From: an uncultured Actinomycetes bacterium
GTDB taxonomy: Bacteria; Actinomycetota; UBA4738; HRBIN12
Direction: 5' to 3'
Assembly (NCBI GenBank): GCA_963810915.1
Contig: CAWEPH010000002.1
Coordinates: 57,002 to 121,001, forward strand
Length of the DNA stretch: 64,000 nt
The notes beneath the pieces are model-generated. The model did not search any database, was not told the origin of the DNA, and was given only the letters and a program-made list of their open reading frames with translations. Shown here in pieces: positions 28,939 through 37,475 of this stretch. Each line of letters starts with the position of its first letter. Position 1 is the stretch's first letter. The position numbers and the translations under genes are program-made.

Positions 28939-30219
28939 TCACCGACCGCGGGGCAACGCGAACCGGAGGATCCGACCCGCCTGGGGCCCCAACTGGAGGC
29001 TTCCGAACACGGCTCCATCCGCGACCACATCGATCATCGCGAAGACGTCCCCTCGACCGACCTTCACGGCCCAGCGCTGTCGTCCGGTCGAGGCGTCGAG
29101 GGCACCGAGCCGCCCCTGCCCGAACGCGAAGCGCCCAACGAACACGAGCCCACGAGCGAGCGCACGTGCCCACCAGAGGGTGGTGCCGTGCTCCTCGTTG
29201 CCGATACGCCGCCAGAGGACGTGGCCGGTGCGGACGTCGAGCGCGACGACGCCTCCACGGTAAAGACCGAATCCCTCTCCCTCGCACCCGGTGATGCATG
29301 TCGCGTGGTTCACGAACACACGCCCGCCGCCCGCGGCGGCGACGGATGCGAAGAAGGGAGCTCTGAACCGCCAGAGGAACCCGCCGTCCTCGAGGGCGAA
29401 CGCGCTCACGATCTCTGTCGGCGCCTCGCTCGAGGGCTGAATCATGAAGATCCGCCCCTCGGCGACGACCGCCGGGTCGCCCGACGCCCGCCTCGACCAG
29501 ATGGTGGATCCGTCTCGCGCGCGCAAGCATACGAGTCGGGCCCCCCGCTCCGTCGACACGGGAACGACCACCCTGCCGCCCGAGAGTCGAACTCCGCCCC
29601 ACCCGACGAGGCGCACGCGGAGTCGTCTCGACCACGCTACGCCCCCACTCGCCACCTCGATCGACCGCAGCCACCGAGCGGCGCCCTTCGACTCCACGAC
29701 CATCAGTTGATGCGCGGCGCGGTCGACCACGGATGGACGGCTGGCGGCCCTGGACCATCGCAGCGTGCCGGTCTGGACATCCAGTGCACGGACCGACGGC
29801 GGACCGGACCCGACACCAACGATCAACGTGGTGTCGTCGGCGGCTACGACCCGTGCCGAGGGATGGAACCGACGGGCCCAGAGCCGGCGGCCCGACGCCT
29901 CTTCGAGCGCGGCGACGATCCCGTACGAAGCCCCGTCGGCAGCCCACGCGGCGAAGACACGGCCGTCATGCACCACCTCGACGTCAGCGACTTGCTCGTA
30001 GATGAAACTCACGTCGGGCCGGATACGCCGGGCCCAGTCCAGCTGCAGCCGGTCCACGTTCGAAGGTCGGATCCGTGTCTCGGAGACGTTGTACCGGCTG
30101 GCGCCGCCATCGAAGCCCGCCTGCGGCCAATCGGCGTCACGCGCTGAGACCACCGACGGAGTGAGCGCAACGGCCAGCGCCAAGAACAGCCCCAGGACCC
30201 GGCGCGCGATGGTCGGCAT
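28939..30219 (-). CDS. Secreted PQQ-binding-like beta-propeller protein
   Basis: Signal peptide, DWPQAGFDG...YN..E, repeated ALD..TG..RW. Confidence 0.88.
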   Translation of the reverse strand: MPTIARRVLGLFLALAVALTPSVVSARDADWPQAGFDGGASRYNVSETRIRPSNVDRLQLDWARRIRPDVSFIYEQVADVEVVHDGRVFAAWAADGASYGIVAALEEASGRRLWARRFHPSARVVAADDTTLIVGVGSGPPSVRALDVQTGTLRWSRAASRPSVVDRAAHQLMVVESKGAARWLRSIEVASGGVAWSRRLRVRLVGWGGVRLSGGRVVVPVSTERGARLVCLRARDGSTIWSRRASGDPAVVAEGRIFMIQPSSEAPTEIVSAFALEDGGFLWRFRAPFFASVAAAGGGRVFVNHATCITGCEGEGFGLYRGGVVALDVRTGHVLWRRIGNEEHGTTLWWARALARGLVFVGRFAFGQGRLGALDASTGRQRWAVKVGRGDVFAMIDVVADGAVFGSLQLGPQAGRILRFALPRGR

Positions 30220-30225
30220 CCCCGG

Positions 30226-31776
30226 TCACCTTCCGACCGTGACGATCGCGCGCACGCCATCGACCTGCGCGCTCGCGTGAGCCGAGCGCGCACGCAGCAG
30301 CACGATCAGACGGTCCCCTCGGTGGGCTTCAGCCGTCACCTGCACGCTGATCCACATGGCCCAGGTTCCGCCAGAGGCCCTCTCCAGCCATGCACGCCCG
30401 CGCAGCACGTCTCGGGTGATCACCTGTCCACCATGCATGTAGGTGACCGCGAACCCCCGGGCGCGCCCGATGCCCTCGACGAAGAGTTGGTCAAGGTGAG
30501 CCGCGTCGTTCTCCAGGCGGACGTAGAAGGCGACGACCGCTCCGCGACCGGCCCGGAGCGAGACCCGTTGGGTGGCACCCGTCGGCTCGTACACGCCATC
30601 CCCCACCCAGGGGCCCGCGGCGGATCGCGCGATCAACGCGTCGGGGCGGCCTCCCGGGTCCGTGCCCTGCAGGCCACGCGCCGCGATCGGGATGGTCCGC
30701 TCGAAGGTTGTGCCGTCGCCGAGCTGACCGCCCTCGTTGTCACCCCAGCACCGCACCGCTCCGCCGGCGGTGAGCGCACAGGTGTGGATGCCTCCCGCCG
30801 AGACCATCGACGCCCCGGAGGACAGCCCCACGACGTCGGCCGGCGACGGGCGATCGAGCAGCGTACCGTCACCGATCTGCCCGAAGTTGTTGGAGCCCCA
30901 GCACTTGACCGCCCCCGCATCGGTCGTGGCGCACGAGAACCCCGAACCGGCCGTCACCGACGCCACGCCGCTCGAGAGACCGACCACGGCTACCGGCGTG
31001 AGCCGGGACTTCTTCGTTCCGTCGCCGAGCTGGCCCCCACCGTTGTAGCCCCAACACAGGATCCCCGCGCCCGCGGTGAGCGCGCAGGTGTGACCACCGC
31101 CCGCCGCCACGGCATCTACGCCGCTCCCGAGACCGACCACGTCGACCGGCGCCAGCCGGGACTTCTTCGTTCCGTCCCCGAGCTGACCCGCGTAGTTCTC
31201 CCCCCAACACTTCAAGCCGTGCGCGCGGGTCAATGCACAGGCGTGATAGCTGCCGACCGAGATCGCCACGACGCCCTTCCTGAGCCCCTTGACTGCGACG
31301 GGCTTCAGCCGACGGTCCCAGGTACCGTCGCCGGTCGGGCTCGCACCCCAGCACTTCACACCGCCGGTGTCGGTGAGCGCGCAAGAACGGTCGCCTGCGG
31401 CCGAGATCGCCGCGACGCCGGATGTCAGCCCAATCACATCGACGGGGTTACGGCGCTGATGCTGGGACCCGTCGCCGAGCTGCCCGCTGAGGTTGTCACC
31501 CCAGCACTTCACACCCCCGCGTCGTGTGAGGGCGCACGTGTGGTTCCCTCCGGTCGTGATCGCGACGACCCCTAAGGGCAGCCCGCGGATCCTCACCCGT
31601 CCTTCGAAGTTCCATCCCCAGCACACCACGCGACCTGATGGGGTAAGCACGCACGTGTCCCCTCCGGCCCGCACCTGCGCGACATGCACGGCAGACGCAG
31701 GCACTTCGCTCATGGCGAGCAACGCCGACGCCACCAGGAAGGCAGCCAGCGCGGACAGCCATCTCTCGGCCCTCAC
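30226..31776 (-). CDS. Secreted RCC1-repeat protein with C-terminal beta-rich domain
   Basis: Signal peptide; about 7 repeats HTCALT..GGVKCWG.N..GQLGDG; SD GGAGGT. Confidence 0.92.
   Translation of the reverse strand: MRAERWLSALAAFLVASALLAMSEVPASAVHVAQVRAGGDTCVLTPSGRVVCWGWNFEGRVRIRGLPLGVVAITTGGNHTCALTRRGGVKCWGDNLSGQLGDGSQHQRRNPVDVIGLTSGVAAISAAGDRSCALTDTGGVKCWGASPTGDGTWDRRLKPVAVKGLRKGVVAISVGSYHACALTRAHGLKCWGENYAGQLGDGTKKSRLAPVDVVGLGSGVDAVAAGGGHTCALTAGAGILCWGYNGGGQLGDGTKKSRLTPVAVVGLSSGVASVTAGSGFSCATTDAGAVKCWGSNNFGQIGDGTLLDRPSPADVVGLSSGASMVSAGGIHTCALTAGGAVRCWGDNEGGQLGDGTTFERTIPIAARGLQGTDPGGRPDALIARSAAGPWVGDGVYEPTGATQRVSLRAGRGAVVAFYVRLENDAAHLDQLFVEGIGRARGFAVTYMHGGQVITRDVLRGRAWLERASGGTWAMWISVQVTAEAHRGDRLIVLLRARSAHASAQVDGVRAIVTVGR
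31001..31185. repeat. Near-identical internal repeat in the RCC1 gene, 153-bp period
   Basis: AGCCGGGACTTCTTCGTTCCGTC(G/C)CCGAGCTG at 31001-31032 and 31154-31185, 31 of 32 nt identical. Confidence 0.8.
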
Positions 31777-31962
31777 CGAACCCACCTCCCTCGCCCGGGA
31801 AGCGACCCGCCACCTCCAATCTGCGGCCGGCCCGGAGGGTGGTTCGGGGCTGGGTGACCCTCGGGCGACGGGACCCCCCCGTGGAGTGCCCCTGCGACGG
31901 AGCCGGCGACGGGCCCGCGCCGTCCGTGTCGGGACCGTGCGTGGCGACCTATCCTTGCGGCC

Positions 31963-33100
31963 GTGACCACCACCGTGCTCGTCCTCGGCGCCGGCTTCGG
32001 GGGCCTCGAGCTCTCCACCCGCCTCGCCGAGGCACTCGGCGACGAGGTGGAGATCACGCTGATCGATCTCGCCGAGGCGTTCGTGTTCGGGTTCTCGAAG
32101 CTGGACGTGATGTTCGGCAAGCGATCGCCCGAGGCCGTGCGCCTGCCCTACGCCGACATCACGACGCCCCACGTCCGGTTCCGCCAAGAGACGGTCGTCG
32201 CGATCGACCCGACGCAGCGGCGCGTCGTCACCGATCTCGACGCCTACGAGGCCGACATCCTGGTGGTGGCGCTGGGTGCCGACCTCGACATCGGGGCAAC
32301 GCCGGGCCTCGCCGAAGCCGGGAACGAGTTCTACACGGTGGAGGGCGCCGAGGCGCTACGCGAGGTGATCCCGGGCTTCCGGACCGGCACGGCCATCGTC
32401 GGCGTCTGCGGGGCTCCCTTCAAGTGCCCGCCCGCGCCGAGCGAGGCGGCGATCCTGCTCGACGACTACCTGCGCGAGCGCGGCGTACCGCGCCGATGTC
32501 CGGATCCGGGTCGTGATCCCGTTCGGCGCCCCCGTCCCGCCCTCGCCCGCCACCTCCGAGGCGATCCTCGCGCGATTCGCCGAGCGCGGCATCGAGTTCG
32601 TGGCCGAGCGCAAGGTGGCGGCGCTGGACCCGGCGACGCATGAGGCCGTGCTCGACGACGGGGAGCGGCTCCCGTACGACCTGTTCCTGGGCGTCCCGGT
32701 GCACCGGGTCCCCGCGGTGATCGAGGACTCCGGCCTGGCGGAGGGGGGTTGGATCCCCGTGGATCCCTCCACGCTCGCGACCCGGTTCCCCGGCGTCTAC
32801 GCCGTGGGCGACGTGACGAGCGTGGGCACCGCCAAGGCGGGAGCGTTCGCCGAGGGGGCGGCGCGTGTCGTGGCCGACCAGCTCATCGCGCGGATCCGCG
32901 GGGACGACGAGCCCTCCGGCTACGATGGCACCGGCTCGTGTTACGTCGAGTTCGGCGATCACGAGGTCGGCCGCGTCGACGTGGACTTCTTCTCGACCCC
33001 CGGCCACCCGATCGGGACGTTCGTCGCCCCCTCGACGGAGACCGCCGACGAGAAGATCGAGTTCGCGTCCAGCCGCCGAGCCCGCTGGTTCGGCCTCTAG
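31963..33100 (+). CDS. Sulfide:quinone oxidoreductase-like flavoprotein (apparent frameshift near 32490)
   Basis: VLGAGFGG, ILVVALGA, PFKCPPAP.E, VYAVGD, KAGAFAE, YDGTGSCYVEFG. Confidence 0.85.
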
Positions 33101-33112
33101 GCTCCCGATCGG

Positions 33113-34754
33113 ATGGCGCCACCGCCGGAGGACTCCCCGACGTTGCTGCACGGAGGCCGGTTGTTCACGGCAGACCGCGGGCGACCGTGGGCGGATGCCG
33201 TCGCCTTCGATAGCTCCGGCATCCTCGCCGTCGGCACGCGACGACGAGGTCGCCGCTCGCGTCCCCGGAGCACGCCGCTCCGACGTCGGCGGCCGGACCG
33301 TCGTCCCGGGCTTCATCGACGCGCACAACCACTTCCTCGCCACCGGAGAGTCCCTCTCGTCGATCGACGTGCGCTACCCCGCCGTCGCATCGTGCGAGGA
33401 CCTGGTGCAAGCGATCGCGGCGGCCGCCGCCACGACGCCGGAAGGCGAGTGGGTCCGCGCGTTCGGGTTCGACCACGCGAAGTACGACCGGGCCCCGACG
33501 CGGTGGGACCTGGACCGCGCGACCTCCCGGCATCCGGTCGTCGTGTACCACGTGTCCGGGCACCACGTGCTCGTGAACTCGGCGCTCCTAGAGCTGCGGG
33601 GGGTGGGCGACGACACTCCCGACCCCGCGGGCGGCGCCCTGGTGCGCGACGGGGGCGGGCGCGTCACCGGCCTCTGCCTGGACGGCGCGATGCACCTCGT
33701 CTTGCCCGTCGCCGTCGATATCGGCAACCACGGACCCAACTTCCACACGCAGGAGCCCGTCGCGGACCTCGTCGATGCGGTCGAGCGCGCCGGAGCGGCG
33801 TTCCTCGAGGCCGGGCTGACGACCGTCTGCGACGCGCAGGTCACCGGCCGGGAGCTCGTCGCCTACCGGGCCGCCGCTGATGGGGGGCGGCTGCCGCTGC
33901 GCACCGTGTGCATGCCGCTGTCGCATCAGCTCGACGCCTTCCGTGCCATCGGGCTCGCCGGCCCGTTCGGCGACGACAGGTTGCGCATCGGCGCGATGAA
34001 GGTCTACGCGGACGGCTCGCTGATCGGTGGCACCGCCGCGTTCGAGGAGCCCTATGGCGAGGACGGTGCGTTCACCGGGTCGCTCTACCACGAACCCGAC
34101 GAGCTCCGCGACCTGATCGTCGGCGCCCACGCCGACGGCTGGCAGATCGGCGTCCACGCGCAGGGCGATCGCGCGATCGGGCTCGTCCTCGATGCGTTCG
34201 AGGCCGCCGCCGAGGCGGCGCCGCGGGAGCACCGACATCGCCTGGAGCATGCGGGGTACCCCACCGCGGATCAGATCCGGCGGATGGCCCGGCTCGGCGT
34301 AGTCACCGTGAACCAGCCGCGCTACCTCTACGACAGCGGCGACGAGTTCCTCGCGCGGCTCGGCGACCGCGCCCACGGGCTCCAACCCCTGCGCCACGAG
34401 ATCGACGCCGGCGTGCGGGTGGTGCTCAGCAGCGACTCGGACGTGGCCTCCTATCGTCCGCTCGACCAGATCGCTTCGGCGCTCGAGCGGCGGACGCGCA
34501 ACGGGGCGCCGATCGGCGCGGATCAAGCGCTCTCGCTCGAGGAGGCGCTGCTGGCCTACACGATCGACGCCGCGTTCGCGCTGCGGCTCGAGGACCGGCT
34601 CGGATCGCTCGAGCCCGGGAAGCGCGCGGACGTGGCCGTGATCGACGGCGACCTGGAGGCGACGCCCGCGGCGGACCTGCCCGCGATGGGGATCTGGAAG
34701 ACGTTCCTCGACGGGCATGCGGTGCACGACGCCGACACGAGCGCGTCCGCTTAG
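33113..34754 (+). CDS. Amidohydrolase (YtcJ/Amidohydro_3; apparent frameshift near 33240)
   Basis: PGFIDAHNH, KVYADGSL, HAQGDRA, HRLEH, SSD, GSLEPGKRAD. Confidence 0.92.
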
Positions 34755-34790
34755 ACTCCCGGCAACGCGAGCACCCAAGGGGAGGAACCG

Positions 34791-35936
34791 ATGTCGCTGC
34801 CCGACCACACGACGCTGAACTGGGGACCCTGGTACCGGAGGTCGCCGTTCTTCGACGCCACCCTGCGCGCCGGCTGCTCCGCCTACGACGTGTATCAGCA
34901 CATGTACCACCCCAACACGTACGGCGATCCCGTCGAGGAGTACTGGGCGCTCGTGAACGACGTGACCCTGTGGGACGTGAGCGTCGAGCGCATCGTCGAG
35001 ATCACCGGCCCGGACGCGGGCGCGTTCACGAACCTCCTCACCTGCCGCGACCTCACGACGTGCGCCGTGAAGCAGGGCAAGTACATGCTCGTCACCGCCC
35101 CCGACGGCGGCATCGTGAACGACCCGGTGCTGCTGCGCGTGGAGGAGGACCGCTGGTGGCTCGCGCTCGCCGACTCCGACGCCGGCCTCTACGCGATGGG
35201 CGTGGCCGTCAACTCCGGGATGGACGTGCAGGTCGGCCACCCCGACGTCTACCCGGTCCAGGTCCAGGGCCCCAAGGCTAAGGACACGATGCGCGATCTC
35301 TTCGGCGACTGGATCCTGGACATGAAGTACTACTGGTGCGACGAGGCGGAACTCGACGGCATCCCCGTCGTGATCAGCCGCACCGGATGGACCGCCGTGG
35401 TCGGCTACGAGATCTACCTGCGCGACCCGAGCCGCGGCGACGACCTGTGGGAGCGGATCCTCGACGCCGGGAAGCCCTACGGTATCCGGGTCACGCCCTC
35501 TTCGGACATCCGGCGCATCGAGGCGGGCATCTTCGACTGGGGCTCGGACATCGGTCTCGCCGACAACCCCTTCGAGGTGACCGGCCTCGAGCGGCTGGTT
35601 GAGGAGCAGGACGCCGACTACGTGGGCAAGGAGGCGCTCGAGCGCATCCGGCGCGAGGGTGTCTCCCGCAAGCTCGTGGGGGTCGAGGTCGAGGGCGAGC
35701 CCGTCGGTCAGCCCACCCAGCACTGGCCCGTCTCGCAGGGAGGCGAGGTGCTCGGGCACGTCACCGACGCCTGCTGGTCACCGCGGCTGGAGAAGAACAT
35801 CGGCTATGTCTGGGTGCCCATCGGACTCGCGACGCCGGGCACGCGCCTAGAGATCGACGCCGACGACGGTGCGCGCACAGGCATCACCGCCGCGCTCCCC
35901 TTCATCGACCCCCAGAAGAAGGTGCCCGCCGCATAG
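34791..35936 (+). CDS. GcvT-family aminomethyltransferase/demethylase, DmdA-like
   Basis: LWDVSVERIVEITGPDA, GGIVNDPVLL, WLALADSD, VQGPKA, SRTGW..GYEIY, RRIEAG, WSPRLEKNIG. Confidence 0.88.
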   Translation: MSLPDHTTLNWGPWYRRSPFFDATLRAGCSAYDVYQHMYHPNTYGDPVEEYWALVNDVTLWDVSVERIVEITGPDAGAFTNLLTCRDLTTCAVKQGKYMLVTAPDGGIVNDPVLLRVEEDRWWLALADSDAGLYAMGVAVNSGMDVQVGHPDVYPVQVQGPKAKDTMRDLFGDWILDMKYYWCDEAELDGIPVVISRTGWTAVVGYEIYLRDPSRGDDLWERILDAGKPYGIRVTPSSDIRRIEAGIFDWGSDIGLADNPFEVTGLERLVEEQDADYVGKEALERIRREGVSRKLVGVEVEGEPVGQPTQHWPVSQGGEVLGHVTDACWSPRLEKNIGYVWVPIGLATPGTRLEIDADDGARTGITAALPFIDPQKKVPAA

Positions 35937-36060
35937 GGGCGCGCCGGAACGGGCTCCGACGGCGCGGATGCCGCGCGCAGTCGCGGCGCAGATGCGTGGG
36001 TAAGGTGGTGACGGGCCGCGACGCACTTCATCTCGCCCGCCGCTGGGCCCCCTCGTGACC

Positions 36061-37467
36061 ATGCCTGCGAGCACAGACGATCGGAACGAACGCGACGGTG
36101 CGCGCACCGTCGCTCGCCAGATCCTGCGCGCGCTCGTCGTCGTCGGGACGCTCGTCGTCGTGGCGGCGGCGTCGATCGCGTTCGCGCTTCGGTTGACACC
36201 GGAACGGTCCGTCTCGGTGCTCGGACAGACCGTTGCCGTGGGAACCGCACCCCCTACCCTCAGCACCGAAGGCCCGGGTGAAGTCGTCCTGTTCGGGCAG
36301 TCCTTGCCGACGCAGGTGCACTTCATCGGCCCGGTCAGGCCACGTCTGGTCCTCACGGACATCAGCATCAACGAACAGTTGGCCGGTCTCGCGCCCGGGT
36401 CGCCGACGGCGAAGGCCGGATTCGGTGACGCCCTCGTGCGCGGCTGGTCGCAGTACTTCGCGTTGGAGGTCGTGTTCGTCGCGTTCGGTGCCCTCCTGCT
36501 CCTCGGAGCGATCGCCGGATGGCGCCGGTACGGGTTGAAGCGAACCCTCGTGACCCTGATCGGTGGCCTCGCGTTCGTCCAGGCCGTGAACCTGAGCGCG
36601 ATCATGGTCACGGCCTACACGGCGCCGGGCATCCTCCGTGAGGTGCACAACCTGAGTCAATTGGTCGGCCGCGAAGAGCGGCGGCCTCTGCCGACCGCTG
36701 CCGGACCGACGCTTCCCCAGATCGAGGCCGTCGTCCTGGGAGACTCTACGGCCGCCGGGCTCGGCGGCCCACCGCTGCCGAACCCCACCCCCGCAGACGA
36801 AGCGTGCCAGCGCAGCGCCTTCGCCTTCGCGGTGACCCTCGCTCGCGTGAACGGCTGGGAGGTCGACAACCTGGGGTGCAGTGGCGCGACGATCGCGGGC
36901 GGGGTCCTCGGGGCACAGTACGCGGGAGATCGCAGGATCCCCGCACAGCTATCCGTCGCCAAGAGGGCGACCGAGGTGAAGGCGGTCATCGTCAGCGTCG
37001 GCGCCAACGACATGCATTGGAGCGTCCTCGTCCACCTCTGTGCTGCATCCGATACGTGCGACAACCGCGCCCTCACGGCGTACTTCCAACGCGCGCTCAA
37101 CGGCTTCACCCAGGACTACTACACGTTGCTCCGTCAACTCACCGCGATGCCCGGAGCGCCGCTCGTCGTGATCAATCAGTACTACGCGCCGTTCGTTCGT
37201 ACGCCTGCCTGTCTCGCGTCATCGGGTCTGACGAGCGCGAAGATCGACGTTCTGCTCGACCGCCTGAACGTCCTCAACGAGGTCCTCGCGAAGGGGGCGG
37301 AGACCTTCGGATTCCAGACGGTCCGGCCGGACTTCAGCGGGCATGAGTTGTGCACCGACCAGTCCTACGTCCAGGGGCTCGAGGAACCTGCGCCTCTGCA
37401 CCCCAACGCGAGGGGGCAACTTGTGATCGCGCTCGCCGATGAGCGTGCCCTGCTCGCCGCCGGCTGA
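36061..37467 (+). CDS. Membrane-anchored SGNH/GDSL hydrolase
   Basis: Three TM segments then LGDSTAAG, CSGAT, SVGAND, LHPN. Confidence 0.88.
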   Translation: MPASTDDRNERDGARTVARQILRALVVVGTLVVVAAASIAFALRLTPERSVSVLGQTVAVGTAPPTLSTEGPGEVVLFGQSLPTQVHFIGPVRPRLVLTDISINEQLAGLAPGSPTAKAGFGDALVRGWSQYFALEVVFVAFGALLLLGAIAGWRRYGLKRTLVTLIGGLAFVQAVNLSAIMVTAYTAPGILREVHNLSQLVGREERRPLPTAAGPTLPQIEAVVLGDSTAAGLGGPPLPNPTPADEACQRSAFAFAVTLARVNGWEVDNLGCSGATIAGGVLGAQYAGDRRIPAQLSVAKRATEVKAVIVSVGANDMHWSVLVHLCAASDTCDNRALTAYFQRALNGFTQDYYTLLRQLTAMPGAPLVVINQYYAPFVRTPACLASSGLTSAKIDVLLDRLNVLNEVLAKGAETFGFQTVRPDFSGHELCTDQSYVQGLEEPAPLHPNARGQLVIALADERALLAAG

Positions 37468-37475
37468 ATCCCCGC

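Noticed and set aside
31800-31950. GC-rich hairpins in the divergent intergenic region
   Set aside because: Short imperfect stems at the level expected for this GC content, with no recognisable riboswitch core or tetraloops.
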